64,000 nucleotides of DNA, from positions 52,762,498 through 52,826,497 of the forward strand of contig NC_057718.1 in NCBI RefSeq assembly GCF_004010195.1, written 5' to 3'. The position numbers and the translations under genes are program-made. The stretch comes from Chiloscyllium plagiosum (taxonomy: Eukaryota). Below the pieces are notes generated by a model that worked only from the letters and a program-made list of their open reading frames with translations, was not told where the DNA came from and did no database searches. Each line of letters opens with the position of its first letter. The stretch's first letter is position 1. Shown in pieces: positions 1-12,526 of this stretch.

Positions 1-799
1 TCAGTACATGTAGACCCTCAAAAACCTGATGTCAATGCATGTGTATTGTTTCTGAACAACTAATCACAACAAGCATGAGGAAAAAGGGACAGTATGCATT
101 ACAGTCTCTCTCCCTTTTTCTTCACTTCCTTGTGCACTTCCTGTTCCTCTCCTCTGGCTGTATTTATAAACAGATGTGTTCCAGAACTAGCCATACCTTT
201 GTCAAGTCCTTTTAGTGAAACTACCCAACAATTGCATCCACTTGACAATGTGAAATATTGTCCAGGTATGCCCTGTCTGCAAAAGCCAGACATCTCCAAT
301 CCACTCTGTCAACTAATGCTCAGTTACCAGCAAAAGAGTATAGGAAACCATTAACAATGTTTTCAAGTTGCACTTACCAATAATCTGCTCACTGATATTC
401 AGTTTAAGTTTCCATGGTGATAAACATGTTACAGTCCTTATGACTGCCATGGTTCAAACATAGACAAATTTGCTTAATTCCATCTCAGAACTGATGATCA
501 GAAGTGAAGATGTCCATTGATGACTATGCAATTTTCTGTTTTAGTCACAAATCTTCAGACAATAAAGCAGCCCATCTCAGCATGCAGCAAGGCCTTGGTA
601 ACATCCAGGATTGAGCAGATGAGGTGACAAGAAAGATTTTCAATATTCAAGTGCCAAATAATAATCATCTTCAACAAGAGAATATAACTCTTCCTCTTCA
701 CCTTACAAGACATGACTATCACTGGAAACCCCAACATCTATATCCTAGAGGTTATCATTGACCAAATAAAAAATTTAGTTTGATCAGCATATAAATTTA

Positions 800-2500
800 T
801 AGAAAGAATAACAATCAATGAATTGTAAACATTTCAAATTAGGAAAAGATCAATTTTAATAAGTTGAGGTGGGATTTACTGAAAGTGGACTGGAAACAGT
901 TTATTGAAGATAAATCAATATCAGAGCAGGTGGGAGGCATTCAAGAAGGAGAAAGAGAAGTTCAGCACAAAAACATTTTCACAAAGAAAGTGAGTATCAC
1001 TCCCAAATCTAGCCACCTCTAGAGATCAACCAGAGTGGGTGGGATAAGGTACAAAGGGAATTTTATGTCAGATACTGAGAGCTCAGCCCTTCAGAGAGCT
1101 GAGAGAAACATAAAAGATGCAGGACTGACATTGAAAATAAAACCAAGAAAGCAAGGGAGGACATGAAAAGATATTGACAAGTGAAATCAAGGAAAATCCC
1201 AAAGATATTTTATTAATACATAAAGAATAAATGGATATCAAAAGAAATAGTAGAGTCTATTAGAGGTCAAAGAGGGAATATGTATATTGAGATGGAATAC
1301 CTGCCTATAGCTCTGAATGAATGCTTGTGTCCGTCTTCACAAAACAGTGAGTGGCTGCATTCATTGCAATTAAAGAGGAGTATATGATGTTAGAATGAAA
1401 GTGAAGGTGGTGCAAATGTAAATATTCACAGATGTAGCATCTTGGAAAGCAACAAAATGGCTAGGCCATTGATGAAATGTATCTTAAGTCCACTAAAACA
1501 AGGTTGAAAATAATGGAGACGCTGAATTTAATTTTTCAATCCTTTCTAGCTACAGACATGGCATTGGAGGACTGCTGTTATATTTGGGTTAAGTTACTGT
1601 TTATCTTACTTTTCTGATTTATCCCTGAGCAATGCAGAGGTGATTCCACATGCAAACAGTTTGTTTAAAGAGCTTTAGGGATTTTTGATCTTACAGAAGT
1701 TCAGAATCCCCGAGTTGTCAAGAACTCCTTGTAAAGTCTGCCATGTGACTCAATACTTCCATGCAATGTAAAATGATTAGTGATCAGACTTACATAATCT
1801 TATGTGAAAGAAAGCAAACCAGTAAACACAAACCTAACATCATGCCATTGATTAAAATGATAATGTATTGAATTGAATTGAATTTATTGTCACGTGTACT
1901 GAGGCACGGTGAAAAGCGTTGTCAGGGACCAAGGGGTAAGCCAAGCTTTTAGAGGCTGGTCAGTTGAAACTTTCTGGCCAGGTAATTACTGGGAAAAGTA
2001 CTGAGGAATGGTATAAAGCATCCCTAGAAAAGGCAAGGATTTATCAAAGACAGTCTGAGGGCATTTCTGAAAGAAAAGGTGCATAGGATTTTTTGAGGCA
2101 GTAACAAAGACAGTCAGTGACAGATATTGGGTGTGGTCTGCATGGATTTTAGCAAAACTTTTGATCAGGTTCCAATGACAAATTGGTCTACAAATTAAGA
2201 GTTCATGATTTGCAAAGGGCAGGTAGTAAGTTGGTTCCATAATTACTCCAATGGAATGAAGCAAATTGCACCTGTTGGCAGATATTTTTGTGACTCGAAA
2301 GCTATTTCCAGTGAGGTTCCACAGTGCTCCTGATTAGGTTTCTTTGCTTTTTGTTATCAGTGATTTAGATTAAAATGTAGGAAGCATAATAAGTACTTTA
2401 TAAATGTTTAAATTTGCTTGTCCATCTGCTATTGAAGAAGGAAGCTCAGGAACACACCAATGGAATGAGCAAATGTGCAGAAAAGTGGCAAACCAGGTTC
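800..2500 (+). mobile_element. Highly degenerate CR1-type LINE ORF2 remnant (EN-RT linker and RT), interrupted by other insertions
   Basis: Broken CR1 motifs: 'aaggaaaatcccaaagatattttattaatac' (KENPK.FY..I), 'ctgaatgaatgcttgtgtccgtcttcacaaa' (LNE...SVFT), 'gattttagcaaaacttttgatcaggttcca' (DF.K.FD.VP), 'agtgaggttccacag' (SGVPQ-like). Many stops and frameshifts. Confidence 0.65.
1867..1923 (-). mobile_element. Extremely 5'-truncated Rex1-like LINE 3' end with (TTCAA)n tail
   Basis: Reverse complement matches 3755-3811 (gacaa.gcttttcac.gtgcctc.gtacacgtgacaata.attcaattcaattcaat) with about 4 mismatches. Confidence 0.85.
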
Positions 2501-2576
2501 ATTCAAGCATATGATATCGGAGCAGAAGTATATCCTTTGACCTCCTTCAGCCTGCTCCACTATTCAATAAAATTAC

Positions 2577-2711
2577 TTTTCCTGATGAAGGGCTTTTGCC
2601 CGAAACGTTGATTTTTGCTGCTCCTCAGATGCTGCCTGACCTGCTGTGCTTTTCCAGCATCACTCTAATCTTGTTTCCAATCTCCAGTATCTGCAGTACC
2701 CACTTCTGCCT
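2577..2711 (+). mobile_element. Penelope-like pseudo-LTR (family A) solo insertion with hammerhead motif
   Basis: Matches the 3' end of the GIY-YIG element at 52076-52205; flanked by 11-bp duplication AATAAAATTAC (2566-2576 and 2712-2722). Confidence 0.85.
2580..2611 (+). ncRNA. Minimal type I hammerhead ribozyme motif (family A)
   Basis: TC-CTGATGA-A-GGGC-TTTT-GCCC-GAAA-CGTT-GA: intact core, 4-bp stem II, palindromic ACGT stem III, GUU triplet. Confidence 0.7.
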
Positions 2712-2919
2712 AATAAAATTACATTGACAATCTCATTTACCCCCAATAGTCATAATATAATGGTTCCCTTGCTGAATGAGAATTTATTCACCTCTGTCTG
2801 AAAAAATATTTAGTGACTGACCTTTTGAGGTAGGGAGCTCCAGAGTTATACTTTGAGAGAGATAAAACAAATTCTCCCAGCCCAGTTTAGAAAGGTCAAC
2901 AACTAATTTTCAAACAATG

Positions 2920-3811
2920 TCCCTGTATACCCATGACTGCGTTGCTAAATACCAGACTAATGCCATCTATAAGTTCACTGATGACATCACCATAGTTGGT
3001 CAAATCTCAGATGGCAATGAAACAGACTACAGATGGGAGGTGAAAGACCTAGAAAAATGGTGCAATGAGAACAGCCTAGCTCTCAATGGTGGCAAAACCA
3101 AGGAACTCATTATTGACTTTTGGCGGGATGTTACTCATGCCCCTCTACACATTAACAGCGCAGAGATGGAACGAGTAGAGAATGTCAAGCTCCTGGGAGT
3201 GGTCATCCACAACAAGCTTTCTTGGACTCTTCATGTGGATGCACTGGTTACAAAGGCCCAACAACATCTCTTCTTCCTCAGGCAGCTGAGAAAATTTGGC
3301 ATGATAGTGCATACCCTTGTCAACTTTTATAGATGTACCATTGAGAGCATTCTGTCTGGATGTATCACTACCTGGTATGGCAACTTTACCATTCAAGATC
3401 AGAGACGGTTACAGAGAATGGTGAGCTCAGCCCGGACAATCACAAAGGCCAATCTCTTATCTACAGAATCCATCAACCAGGCCCACTGTCCAGGAAAGAC
3501 CACCAGAATCTCAAAGATCCATCCCATTCTGGCAATATTTTTCTACAACCTCTACCATTGGGGAGAAGGTACAGAAGCCTGAACACACGCACCAGCCACT
3601 TTGGAAACAGTTTCTACCCTACTGTTGTTTGAATACCGAATGGACTCACAAGCTCTGAACATTTGACTGTACCTGTTCTTGTCTTTGTCGCTGTTTATCT
3701 ATTATTTACTTATCTATGCTACTTGACTATGTGATCTGCCTGTATTGCTCGCAAGACAAAGCTTTTCACTGTGCCTCGGTACACGTGACAATAGATTCAA
3801 TTCAATTCAAT
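2920..3811 (+). mobile_element. 5'-truncated Rex1/Babar-like non-LTR retrotransposon (RT C-terminal half, 3' UTR, (TTCAA)n tail)
   Basis: ORF 2917-3582 has SLYTHDC...KFTDDITIVG...WCNENSLALN.KTKELIIDF and AQQHLFFLRQLRKFG...NFYRCTIESILSGCITTWYG, typical of Rex1-type RT; frameshifts into ORF 3360-3632 (RRYRSL.TRT..F.NSFYP); ends in attcaattcaattcaat. Confidence 0.85.
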
Positions 3812-5406
3812 AGTACTGGGCCTACCCAGAAAAGGAAGTATCCTTTCTTTATCAAAATCATTCAGAATCTTATCTATTTCGATCATGTTCCCCACCAATC
3901 TAAACTTTGCTGCATACCATTTACCTCAATAATCTAATTTCACAATTGGCTGAAACTCACTTTTTTGGTGAAGTTCCAGTTTCATGGAGGATTTCTCTCT
4001 ATGAGACTTAACTGTTTGTCTCACCACATCTGAACAAACATGCCTCTTTAACAACTTATTCCGCCCCTCTGGTGCCCCTCCTACCTGATTCTATTTCTTG
4101 CCTTAGTGGGAACAATGAGTAACTTAAAGGATATCCCTGAATAGACTGACATCCCTGGCATCAGTGCATTTTTTAAAAGGTGTTGGGCACCCAGACAAGC
4201 ACTAGTGTCAGGCGATGCCTTGCACAGTTCCTGACATTTGCCTTGTACATGACAGAGAAGGGAAAGTTGGTGTCTCACTTTGCGGGTAAGTTCATGGACA
4301 TCCTGGTGTTGCAAAAGTAGGACTTCTGCTCCCCCGGGCCTGGAGGAGGAGGTAATGACATCCATCCATCCCCAAGTGATTTGTGGTTGCCACCGAGGTC
4401 AGCACAGTCTCATCTTGAAGAATGCACAGCAATGCAGAAGAAAGGTCCAGCAAAAGTGTCATCTCTCCAATACCTGACTCTTTCTATCGTTGTTTCCATA
4501 CCCACCTCCCACCAAGTTGTCTGCTCTACCATGCTCAAAATTACTTTCAACATCTTCCCTCACACTGTCAGCCGCCCCAAAGTCCAACACCACTAACCCT
4601 GCATACTACTGGCTACTCACTTACATGGGACACCTCTCCACTTATACTTAAAATTACAACAGGGACACACACTTTCATCTCCCTTAATACTAACTTCCAT
4701 CTTGTTCTAAGTGGTAAGCAGCCCATAATTGAACAGAAAGAATCAAGATGGGTGTTGGGCTATCTGACATTTGGCTCCTGATTTAATTATGAACTTGACT
4801 CTAAATACTCCATGAGGCTAACTGATCATTCCAGGCTGATGGACAAATATTGGAACTGCCCTTGACATACTGTGCCAAAATCCCTTGACTTGACTGAAGA
4901 CTGCTGATAACCATGACAAGCTTCCAAACTATGTGTATGCACTAAACAGCAAGGCATAACAGAAGTACTGTGAGTCTGGTATCTCTGGCAGAGAAACAAG
5001 ATGCAAAATGGCAAGGCAAAGCCTGTATGCTGTGAACATCCATATAGGCTCAAAATGAGTGAGCACTAAGAGAAGAAACAAACAGCCCAGGGATGAGCTG
5101 GTGTATGTCCCTGAGCACAAAATATCATTGCTGCAGCATTATAGGCATAGTTGCCAATGTGTCTTGAAGTGCAGCATTGAAGTACAGAGGTATTCTGTGA
5201 GTGGGTCAGAGATGTGCCATGAAGGTTCTTAGAGGTTGAATGCTCATAGCTAGATACCAATGTCCATGGATGTGGGGTGTGTATGGTCCATGCCCATGAT
5301 GCATGCTCTGAGGTGCTGTTGCATGGTGATTAACATAGAGACAGTTAGATTGTACCCCTGCTTCTGGATTCCCTGGTCATTGGGTACATCCTTCTTATGT
5401 TTACCC

Positions 5407-5900
5407 TGTCTAGTTCTGTTCGAATTTTATATTAGGATCCCCTAATTCTTCTGAACTCTAATGAATATAGTCCTAACTGATCCAATCTCTCTTCATTTGT
5501 CAGTCCTGGTAACCCAGGAATCAGTCTGGTCAACCTTTGTTGTATATCCTTCAATCTTATAACATCCTTCCTCAGATAAGGAAACCAAACCTGCACACAA
5601 TATTCCAGGTGTGTTCTCACTAAGTCCCTGTACAATTGCAGCAAGACATCTCTGCTCCTATACTCAAATAATCTGGTTCTAAAGGCCAATATACTATTTG
5701 CCTTCTTCACCGCCTGCTGCATCTGCATACTTTCAGCGACAACGGTGTATAAGGACACACACTTCTCTTTACATCTCTCCCTTTCCCAATCTATTGCCGT
5801 TCAGATAATAATCTAAATTCCTATTTTTACTACCAAGGTGGATAACCTCACATTTCTCCACATTATATTTCATTTGCCATACATTTGTCCATGCAATGTT
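5407..5900 (-). mobile_element. CR1 LINE RT fragment
   Basis: ORF 5432-5758: VKKANSILAF...EYRSRDVLLQLYRDLVRTHLEYCVQVW.PYLRKD...QRLTRLIPGL...EERL..LGLYSLE.RR.RG. Confidence 0.9.
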
Positions 5901-6379
5901 TTTGAACAATGATTGTTTATGTATCCTCTGTAATGAAGCCAAAAACAAGCATTGTTTATTGCATTCACTATTTCCCTATTATCTACCATGAACTCCCCAT
6001 TCTCACTGACTGAGGACCAATGGCCTCTTTACTCTTTTCCTTTTTGATATCTGTAGAAACTCTTGCTAACTGTTTTTACATTCTAAACTAACTTCTTTTT
6101 ATACTCTAATTTCTTCTTTCTGATTAACCTTGATGTTATTCTCTACTATTTTAAAATATTCTGACCATCCATCTGACCTGACACTCAACTTTGTGTAATT
6201 ACGTGTTTTAAGTTTAATGCTTTCACTAACTGTATTGTTAACCACAATCTGAATCTCCAACCACAGAAGTGGAAAACAGGGTCAACAAATACACACACAA
6301 AAAATAGGATATTGACAACTGCAGAACTACTTTGAGTGCATCTCCACAAGTTCCTAAAGAGGACAGCTAAATAAGGCAA

Positions 6380-6975
6380 TTACGATGAAATTTGGGATAG
6401 TTTTCTCTGAATTATTAACCCAAAGAATGAATATAAGAGCATGGAGCTTACATTTGATATGTGTAAGATAAGAGTTGTGGGCAGTTGTAATACATGGTGC
6501 AGTTCTGATCAGGATATAGGAATACAGGAAGGATGTTGTTACACTAGGAAGGGAATAACGGAGATTTTAAATGGTGCCACCAGAAAGGAGAAACTTTAAC
6601 TTGGAAGAAATCTTGGAAAGACTTCAATTGTTTTATTTGAAACAGAAGAGGTTATGTGAGGATTTAACTCAGGCATACGAAATTATGAGGGCCTGAGATG
6701 AAGTAGAGAGCAGAGATCAAAGATGCAGTAAAGATTTAAAGCAATTTGCAGAAGGTTTATAGGGGAACTGGAAAATAATTTGTTGCAACCAGACAGCAGT
6801 AACTTACTGTCTGAATGTGTGGAACTCATGTCACATTTAAAACATCCTTAGATATGTACCCGAAATTTCATAACATACAGTGTTACATACAAAGAGTAGA
6901 AAGTAGAATGGGGTTAGGTAGCTTTTTTTGGCTAGTACAGACACAAATGTCCATCATGTATTGATGGTTTTCTAT
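6380..6975 (+). mobile_element. Degenerate CR1 3' part
   Basis: 'gaatataagagc' (EYKS), 'tggtgcagttctg', 'ttgaaacagaagaggttatgtgaggatttaa' (LE.RRL..DL), decayed CR1-like tail near 6970. Confidence 0.6.
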
Positions 6976-7019
6976 GGTGCAATGTAACTTTGGTTTCAGG
7001 AGCAGGCAATAGGCTGGAT

Positions 7020-7585
7020 GCTCTACAATGCCTCCCCAAAGCCTTCCCACCATCTGTAAAACTCAAAAAGTGTGGCGCTGGAAAAGCACAGCCAGTCAGG
7101 CAGCATTGTCTGAGTCAAGAATGTGATAGAATGCTCATTCAATAATGTTTAAGAAAATCAACACCATCCTGGACAATGCAGCTGAGTTTATTTCTATCCA
7201 TTGAATCACCTTAAATACTTATTCCTGCACTGTCAGTGCAGTGTCTCTGTTGAGTGTATCATCTTTGAGATTCAAGACAGCAACTTATCTAGGCTTCTTC
7301 AATAATATCTCTCAAACCTGTGACTTCTGTCAACTAGAAGAACAAAGGCAGCAGCTGCACAGAAGCAGCACCACTTGTAAGCTTCCCAGCTTATGCATCA
7401 TCCTACCTTTGGATTGTGTCATTGCCCCTTCATCATAGCTGTGTCAAAATATTGGATCTCTCCACCCAACAGCACTTTAAATGTGTCTTCAATGCATGAT
7501 AAATAATAGTGGTTTGAGATGATTGGTCACCAATTATTTATGAGCCTTGCCAGTGATTTGTACATCCCATGAATGAATAAGAAAA
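7020..7585 (+). mobile_element. 3' end of a second, divergent CR1/L2-group LINE family
   Basis: Similar to 55400-55886, 59920-60578 and 9370-10400 (-); ends gccttgccagtg...catcccatgaatgaataa. Contains a family A pLTR scrap near 7065-7106. Confidence 0.6.
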
Positions 7586-9194
7586 TCCTTCCTCTTACTT
7601 TTATCAACTTGTCCTACTCTGCATGACCTCTCTTTGACCTCCATTTATATTCAGGATCTTGAAGAAATCTGATCAGGTCATTTATGTCTGGAAGCATCTT
7701 CGTTCAGTATAAGAACAAAGTATTTCAACATCAGCTAAACCATTCTGTTTTGACTATTCAAACTCAGAATAGTCTCATGTAGGTATTCTCAATAAAGGCA
7801 TGCTGTTATATCAGCAGCTGGAAGAGATAATTATATAGCTAATATCTCAGCAGTCAATAATCCCTTTAAATAACATGGGTGGTTGAGGGATGATGGAGGA
7901 GTCTTTTAATGCATTTAACCCTAGGTTCAGCAATGCAAGGTTAAGTCAGGGCATACACTGGAAAGATAACAGTAAAGCCTTCAAAACAATGTTTCATACT
8001 TGTTCATATTAACATTTACAGCTCTGCAAACATTCGGCAGTCATGAGGTATGTGCATACAAACTCTTCAAGAAGTGGGATTTCTTGCTCTGACTCAAATC
8101 ATCTTGGAACCCATTTTCAAATCTTACTTAATTTTCTAGAACCTGATTTTGAGATACTAAACATCCCGAATGTTGTATATTAAGATCATATTTTCATACA
8201 TTCTCATGTGATTAACAATTGACTACAATGGACTAGCATTTTTGCCTTTAAGAATAACTGTAGTTCCCACAGCCAGTGTTGGACATGAAATGATTGAGAA
8301 GTTTTTTTTTACCTGTAGAGACATACCAGCAATAGTGAATCATGCAGGTTCACAGGGCTGCCTCTCTAAGCAGTCAAAGCATTTTTCTCTGAAAATGATC
8401 CTGAGTGGAGAAGAGAGTCAGAAACGTCCTCTGCAATTCCATCATTGCAAGACCTGTGGCCAGAAAGAAACCACTAAAATAATAAGGCAATGGATCAACT
8501 GGGGGGCACATGGAACCAATAATTAAGATTTATGTCATGTACAAATATAGGGCATTTTACAATATGGATCTGCCACACTTTCAAAAGTTCGAAAACACTT
8601 TCAAAGCAATTTCCATGTTCATAAGATGTTGCACAACTTGGAGTTGAAGGGCAGTTCCATTTACAAACAATACCAGATTCTGTCACTGATTGGTCAATAC
8701 TTAAATGTAACTTCCAAGACTTGCTTTTCCCAATCTTTGCCCTATGCCTATTTACCAGTCAAGCATCACCACATTTTGCATGAATCATCTGTAATTCACT
8801 TCTGCCATGTAAATCTTATCGATATATTGTGGAAAGACATGCTATGTGCCACTAAAATATTATCCTATTCATAGTCCTGTGGCTATTACTTTAATAAATA
8901 CTATTTAGCAAAAGGTTAACATCCCCATTAAAGTAACACACAAAGACAGATCAGACAAATGGTAATGATCTTGCTAAAAGCTTACAGCAAGATTTCCAAT
9001 TTTAAGTGCCTGTGTCTAAGATGTATTTAATGGCAGTTCCTGCGATAAACATCTTCCATTAACAAGACAAGAAGAATCCAAATTATTTATGAAAGGAATA
9101 TTTATTTGCTTATGTATTGTATTTTCATCGTGTGAGTTATGTAGTGCTTACATAGTGCATAAACAACAAAGTTGTCTCAAATCTAAAAGAAATA

Positions 9195-10800
9195 CTGTTT
9201 CAGCCTCAACTAGAGTACTGTGTCCAGTTCTGGGCACCACAACTTAGGAAGTATGCGAAAGCTTAGTGAGTGAAGGGTATACTTTACAGGGTATAGAAAA
9301 GATCCACGAGAATGTTTCCAGATGTGAGGAACATCAGTCACATAAAAAGATTGGAGAGCTGGGGCTGTCATTTTTTAAAATTCCTTTGTGGGATGTGTGA
9401 GTACTGGCTGGAAACTACTTCGTGATCTGGTTGCCTTTGAGAAGGTGATGGTGAGCTGCATTCTTGTACTGCTGCAATCCACCTGCTGGGAATTGACCCA
9501 CAATGCCACGAGATAGGGAAATCTAAGATTTTGATCAAGCAACAGTGGAGGAACAACAATATATTTCTAAGTCATGATGGTGAGTGACTTGGCGGGAAAC
9601 TTACAGATGGTGGTGTTCCCATGTATCTTTGCCTTTGCCCTTCTAGATGGAAGTGGTCATGGGTTTGGAAGGTGCTGTCCAAGGATCTTTGGTGAATTTC
9701 TGCTGTGTGTCTTATAGCTAATGCACACTACTGATCATTGAGCATTGATGATGGATCAAGTGGATGTTCGTGAATATGATGCCAATCAAGCAGACTGCTT
9801 TATTTTGATTGGTTTCAAGCTTCTTAAGTTGGAGCTGTACCCATTCAGGCAAGTGGGGGGGGGGGCATTCCATTGCACTCTTGACTTGTGTATTAGAGAT
9901 GGTTGACAGGCTTTGGGGATTAAGAGGTGAGTTAATCACTGCAGTATTCCAAGCCTCTCATCTGTTCTTGCAGCCGCAGTGTTTACATGGCAAGTCCAGC
10001 TGAATTTCTGGTCAATTATAACCTCAAGGATAGTGATGGATTTAGTGGTGTTAACACCATTGAATGTCAAGGGATGATGGTCAAATTACTTCTTACTGAA
10101 GGTAGTCATTGCCTGACATTTGCGTGACATGCATGTTACTTGCCACATGTCAGCCAAAGCCTGGATATTATCCAGATCTTACTGCATTCCATAACAGACT
10201 GTTTTAGTGTTTGAGGAGTCATGAATGGTGATGAACATTGTACAATCATCAGTGAACATTTCTACTTCTGACCTTGGAGGGAAAGTCATTGATGAAGCAG
10301 CTGAAGATTGCTAGGCTTGGGACACCTGACGAACTCCTGAAGAGATGCCCTGGAGCTGAGATGACTGACTTTTAACAACAATCACAACCAACTCCTTATG
10401 TATCTGGTATGTATCCTTGCAGAAGAGAAGTTTGAGAGGAGATTTGGTTGAGGTCATCAAAATCTTGACATATTGAACACAACTGTTCCCATTGTTATAC
10501 GGAATGCAAGGATTATGAACTAAAGGACAGAGGTTTAAAGTAATTGGCAAAACATGCAGTGGTTATATGAGGAAGTTGTAACATGACAAGTTGTTAGGAA
10601 CTGGAACGCACTGTCTGAGGATGTGATAGTAGCAGGGCCAATTGAGGCTTGCAAAATAGAATTGGATAATTAACTGAAATGAAATGAATCCATGGAAAGA
10701 CAGACAAGGGGCACTAGGTAAATTGCACTTTCTGAAGGCAGCACAGACATGGTGGCCAAATTGCCTCTGTCCGCACCGTAACCATTCTGAGATTCTATCA
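9195..10800 (+). mobile_element. CR1 3' fragment split by an antisense LINE insertion
   Basis: 'cctcaactagagtactgtgtccagttctgggcacca' (PQLEYCVQFWAP) runs to 'gctggggctg' near 9368 and resumes near 10415 with 'ttgcagaagagaagtttgagaggagatttg' (L.KR.LRGDL); tail 'ttctgagattctat'. Confidence 0.7.
9370..10400 (-). mobile_element. Divergent CR1/L2-group LINE 3' fragment (second family), nested in CR1
   Basis: Minus-strand ORFs contain QGISSGV.Q and TQVKSAME...KKLETNQNKAVCLIG; the 3' end 'ttttttaaaattcctttgtgggatgtg' is the reverse complement of the family tail. Confidence 0.75.
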
Positions 10801-11694
10801 TGTGACACTTGGTGAAAATCATAAAGTGCATGATTCATATGGCACGCACCAGGTGTTAATGTGTTACTGAAACCTCCCAGGAGGTTGTTTTGAGATGTTG
10901 TTGCAAGGATGCGCCACCTGTTCTACTCTTTTCTCTCCTGTTGTTTGTAGGTTTGACATTTAAATGTATCCATGCAGTGAATTCAAGCAGGGTCATGAAA
11001 TTTATGTATATTTCTTTTAGCAGCAGATTCATTTTGCAAGAATTATTTGTGTCCTATAATTTGCATCAATCTGATATTTTAACTTTCATCAAATCTTTAC
11101 AATTATTTATTTGCTTGAATGGTGAATATGAAACAGCTTCCATATTAAAATTTCCTTGTTGTATTAGACCTGTATCTCCTTCTTGGGTCACGATGTGCAT
11201 TCTTGCCTGGTGGACTCATTTTCTTTCGGTCACATGTCAGTTATATACTGCACGACATGCTTGCTCACTTCTTTGATTTAGGACTGCTAATATTGTATTA
11301 AGAAAATAAGGGAAATTGGCTCCCTATTTGCACAAAAAAATCCCACTGATATCATACTTTCTAATGCTAACTGGTATAAGTAAGAGGTTGAATTACTTGG
11401 CCATTCTGTGAACACACTGCTGATGCCTGGAGAACCTGAATCCCAGTCCATGGTGGAAGTTACAACTTGGTCTTATATCTTCCATTGCTCCTTCGCAAGA
11501 TCTGCAACAAAAGCAGCAGTCTAGAATCTTTCCTGATACTGAGGGAACAGGGAAATCCTAAGCTGACAATTCTTGCTACTTGAACCCAATTGGAGCCTAA
11601 TCCAAAATTCAGGTGAGCACCACCATTGTTATACTGTTGTGGATAGGCTACTGGCCCAGTGTTGTAGTTTCGTGAGCAGGGTATTTTATCTGAT

Positions 11695-11834
11695 CAGTTC
11701 CGGAGAAGGATCACCATACTCAAAACATTAACACTGTTTTCTCCGCACAGATGCTGCCAGAGCTGTTGAGTTTCTCCAGCCATTTCTGTTTTGTGTCTTT
11801 CAGATCTCCAGCATCCATAATTCTTTCCTTCATG
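11695..11834 (+). mobile_element. Old Penelope-like pLTR (family D) with decayed hammerhead
   Basis: 'aaaacattaacactgttttctccgcacagatgctgccagagctgttgagtttctccagc' is shared with 32911-33020, 34260-34355 and 51626-51727; TSD TTATCTGAT at 11686-11694 and 11835-11843. Confidence 0.7.
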
Positions 11835-12334
11835 TTATCTGATGTTGCTCTGCCTATATTGTCCCTCATAACTTAAGAAACAGGGTTTGGATATGTGGTA
11901 TGGAATAACCTAATACTATAATGATTCATTCACAGACACATCAGTGGCTGGGTTATTATTAAGTTAATACATTGCAACTCAACAGCATGCTCTTCGTCGT
12001 GCAGCATGCTTCAAGTAACTCTGATATGATGGAGCATGAGATCTCAGATCACATATTATGATACATTTTTTGATATTGTGAGCATGTTTCTTGAAGATAT
12101 ATTAACCCACTAGCCATGAGATGTAACACAATATCCCCCTTCTCCATAGATAGACACTTATCATAAATGGATATGTGTGTAAATAATGATCCATAGGGAC
12201 ATGTTGTAAATTTAATAATGACTCAAAGCAATAAGGTTAAAAATCACACAACATCAGGTTATAGTCCAACAGGTTTAATTGGAAGCACACTAGCTTTCGG
12301 AGCGACGCTGCTTCATCAGGGAGCTTTGGAACTG

Positions 12335-12463
12335 CGCGCACATATACACAGATGTGCACACAGACACCCACACACACACTTACAGACACACACACTCCCA
12401 CACTCACACATGCACCCCCTCACAGACTTAAGACACTCTGCACTCACTACACACACACACACA
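12335..12463 (+). repeat. Degenerate (CA)n microsatellite abutting an assembly gap
   Basis: cacacacact tacagacaca cacactccca...acacacacac aca followed by Ns. Confidence 0.9.
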
Positions 12464-12526
12464 NNNNNNNNNNNNNNNNNNNNNNNNNNNNNNNNNNNNN
12501 NNNNNNNNNNNNNNNNNNNNNNNNNN
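12464..12526. other. Assembly gap (63 N)
   Basis: Run of n. Confidence 1.

Larger units (their letters stand above)
2505..3960 (-). mobile_element. Degenerate CR1 3' end, split by a Penelope pLTR (2577-2711) and a Rex1-like LINE (2920-3811)
   Basis: CR1 3'-end-like antisense text 'agcagaagta...cctgctccactattcaataa'; 'caaacaatgtccct' resumes as 'agtactggg' after the Rex1 insertion. Confidence 0.55.

Noticed and set aside
2917..2919. ATG start of the 221-aa Rex1 ORF as a real gene start
   Set aside because: The ATG lies at the junction with the host CR1 fragment, and the ORF begins in the middle of the RT domain.
4030..5400. Possible PIF/Harbinger remnant (QQCRRKV Myb-like text)
   Set aside because: Similarity is too decayed to support by eye; it needs a profile HMM search.
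8313..8453. 141-nt minus-strand segment with plausible acceptor and donor sites
   Set aside because: Stop codons in all three frames; it could only be a non-coding or terminal exon and has no other support.
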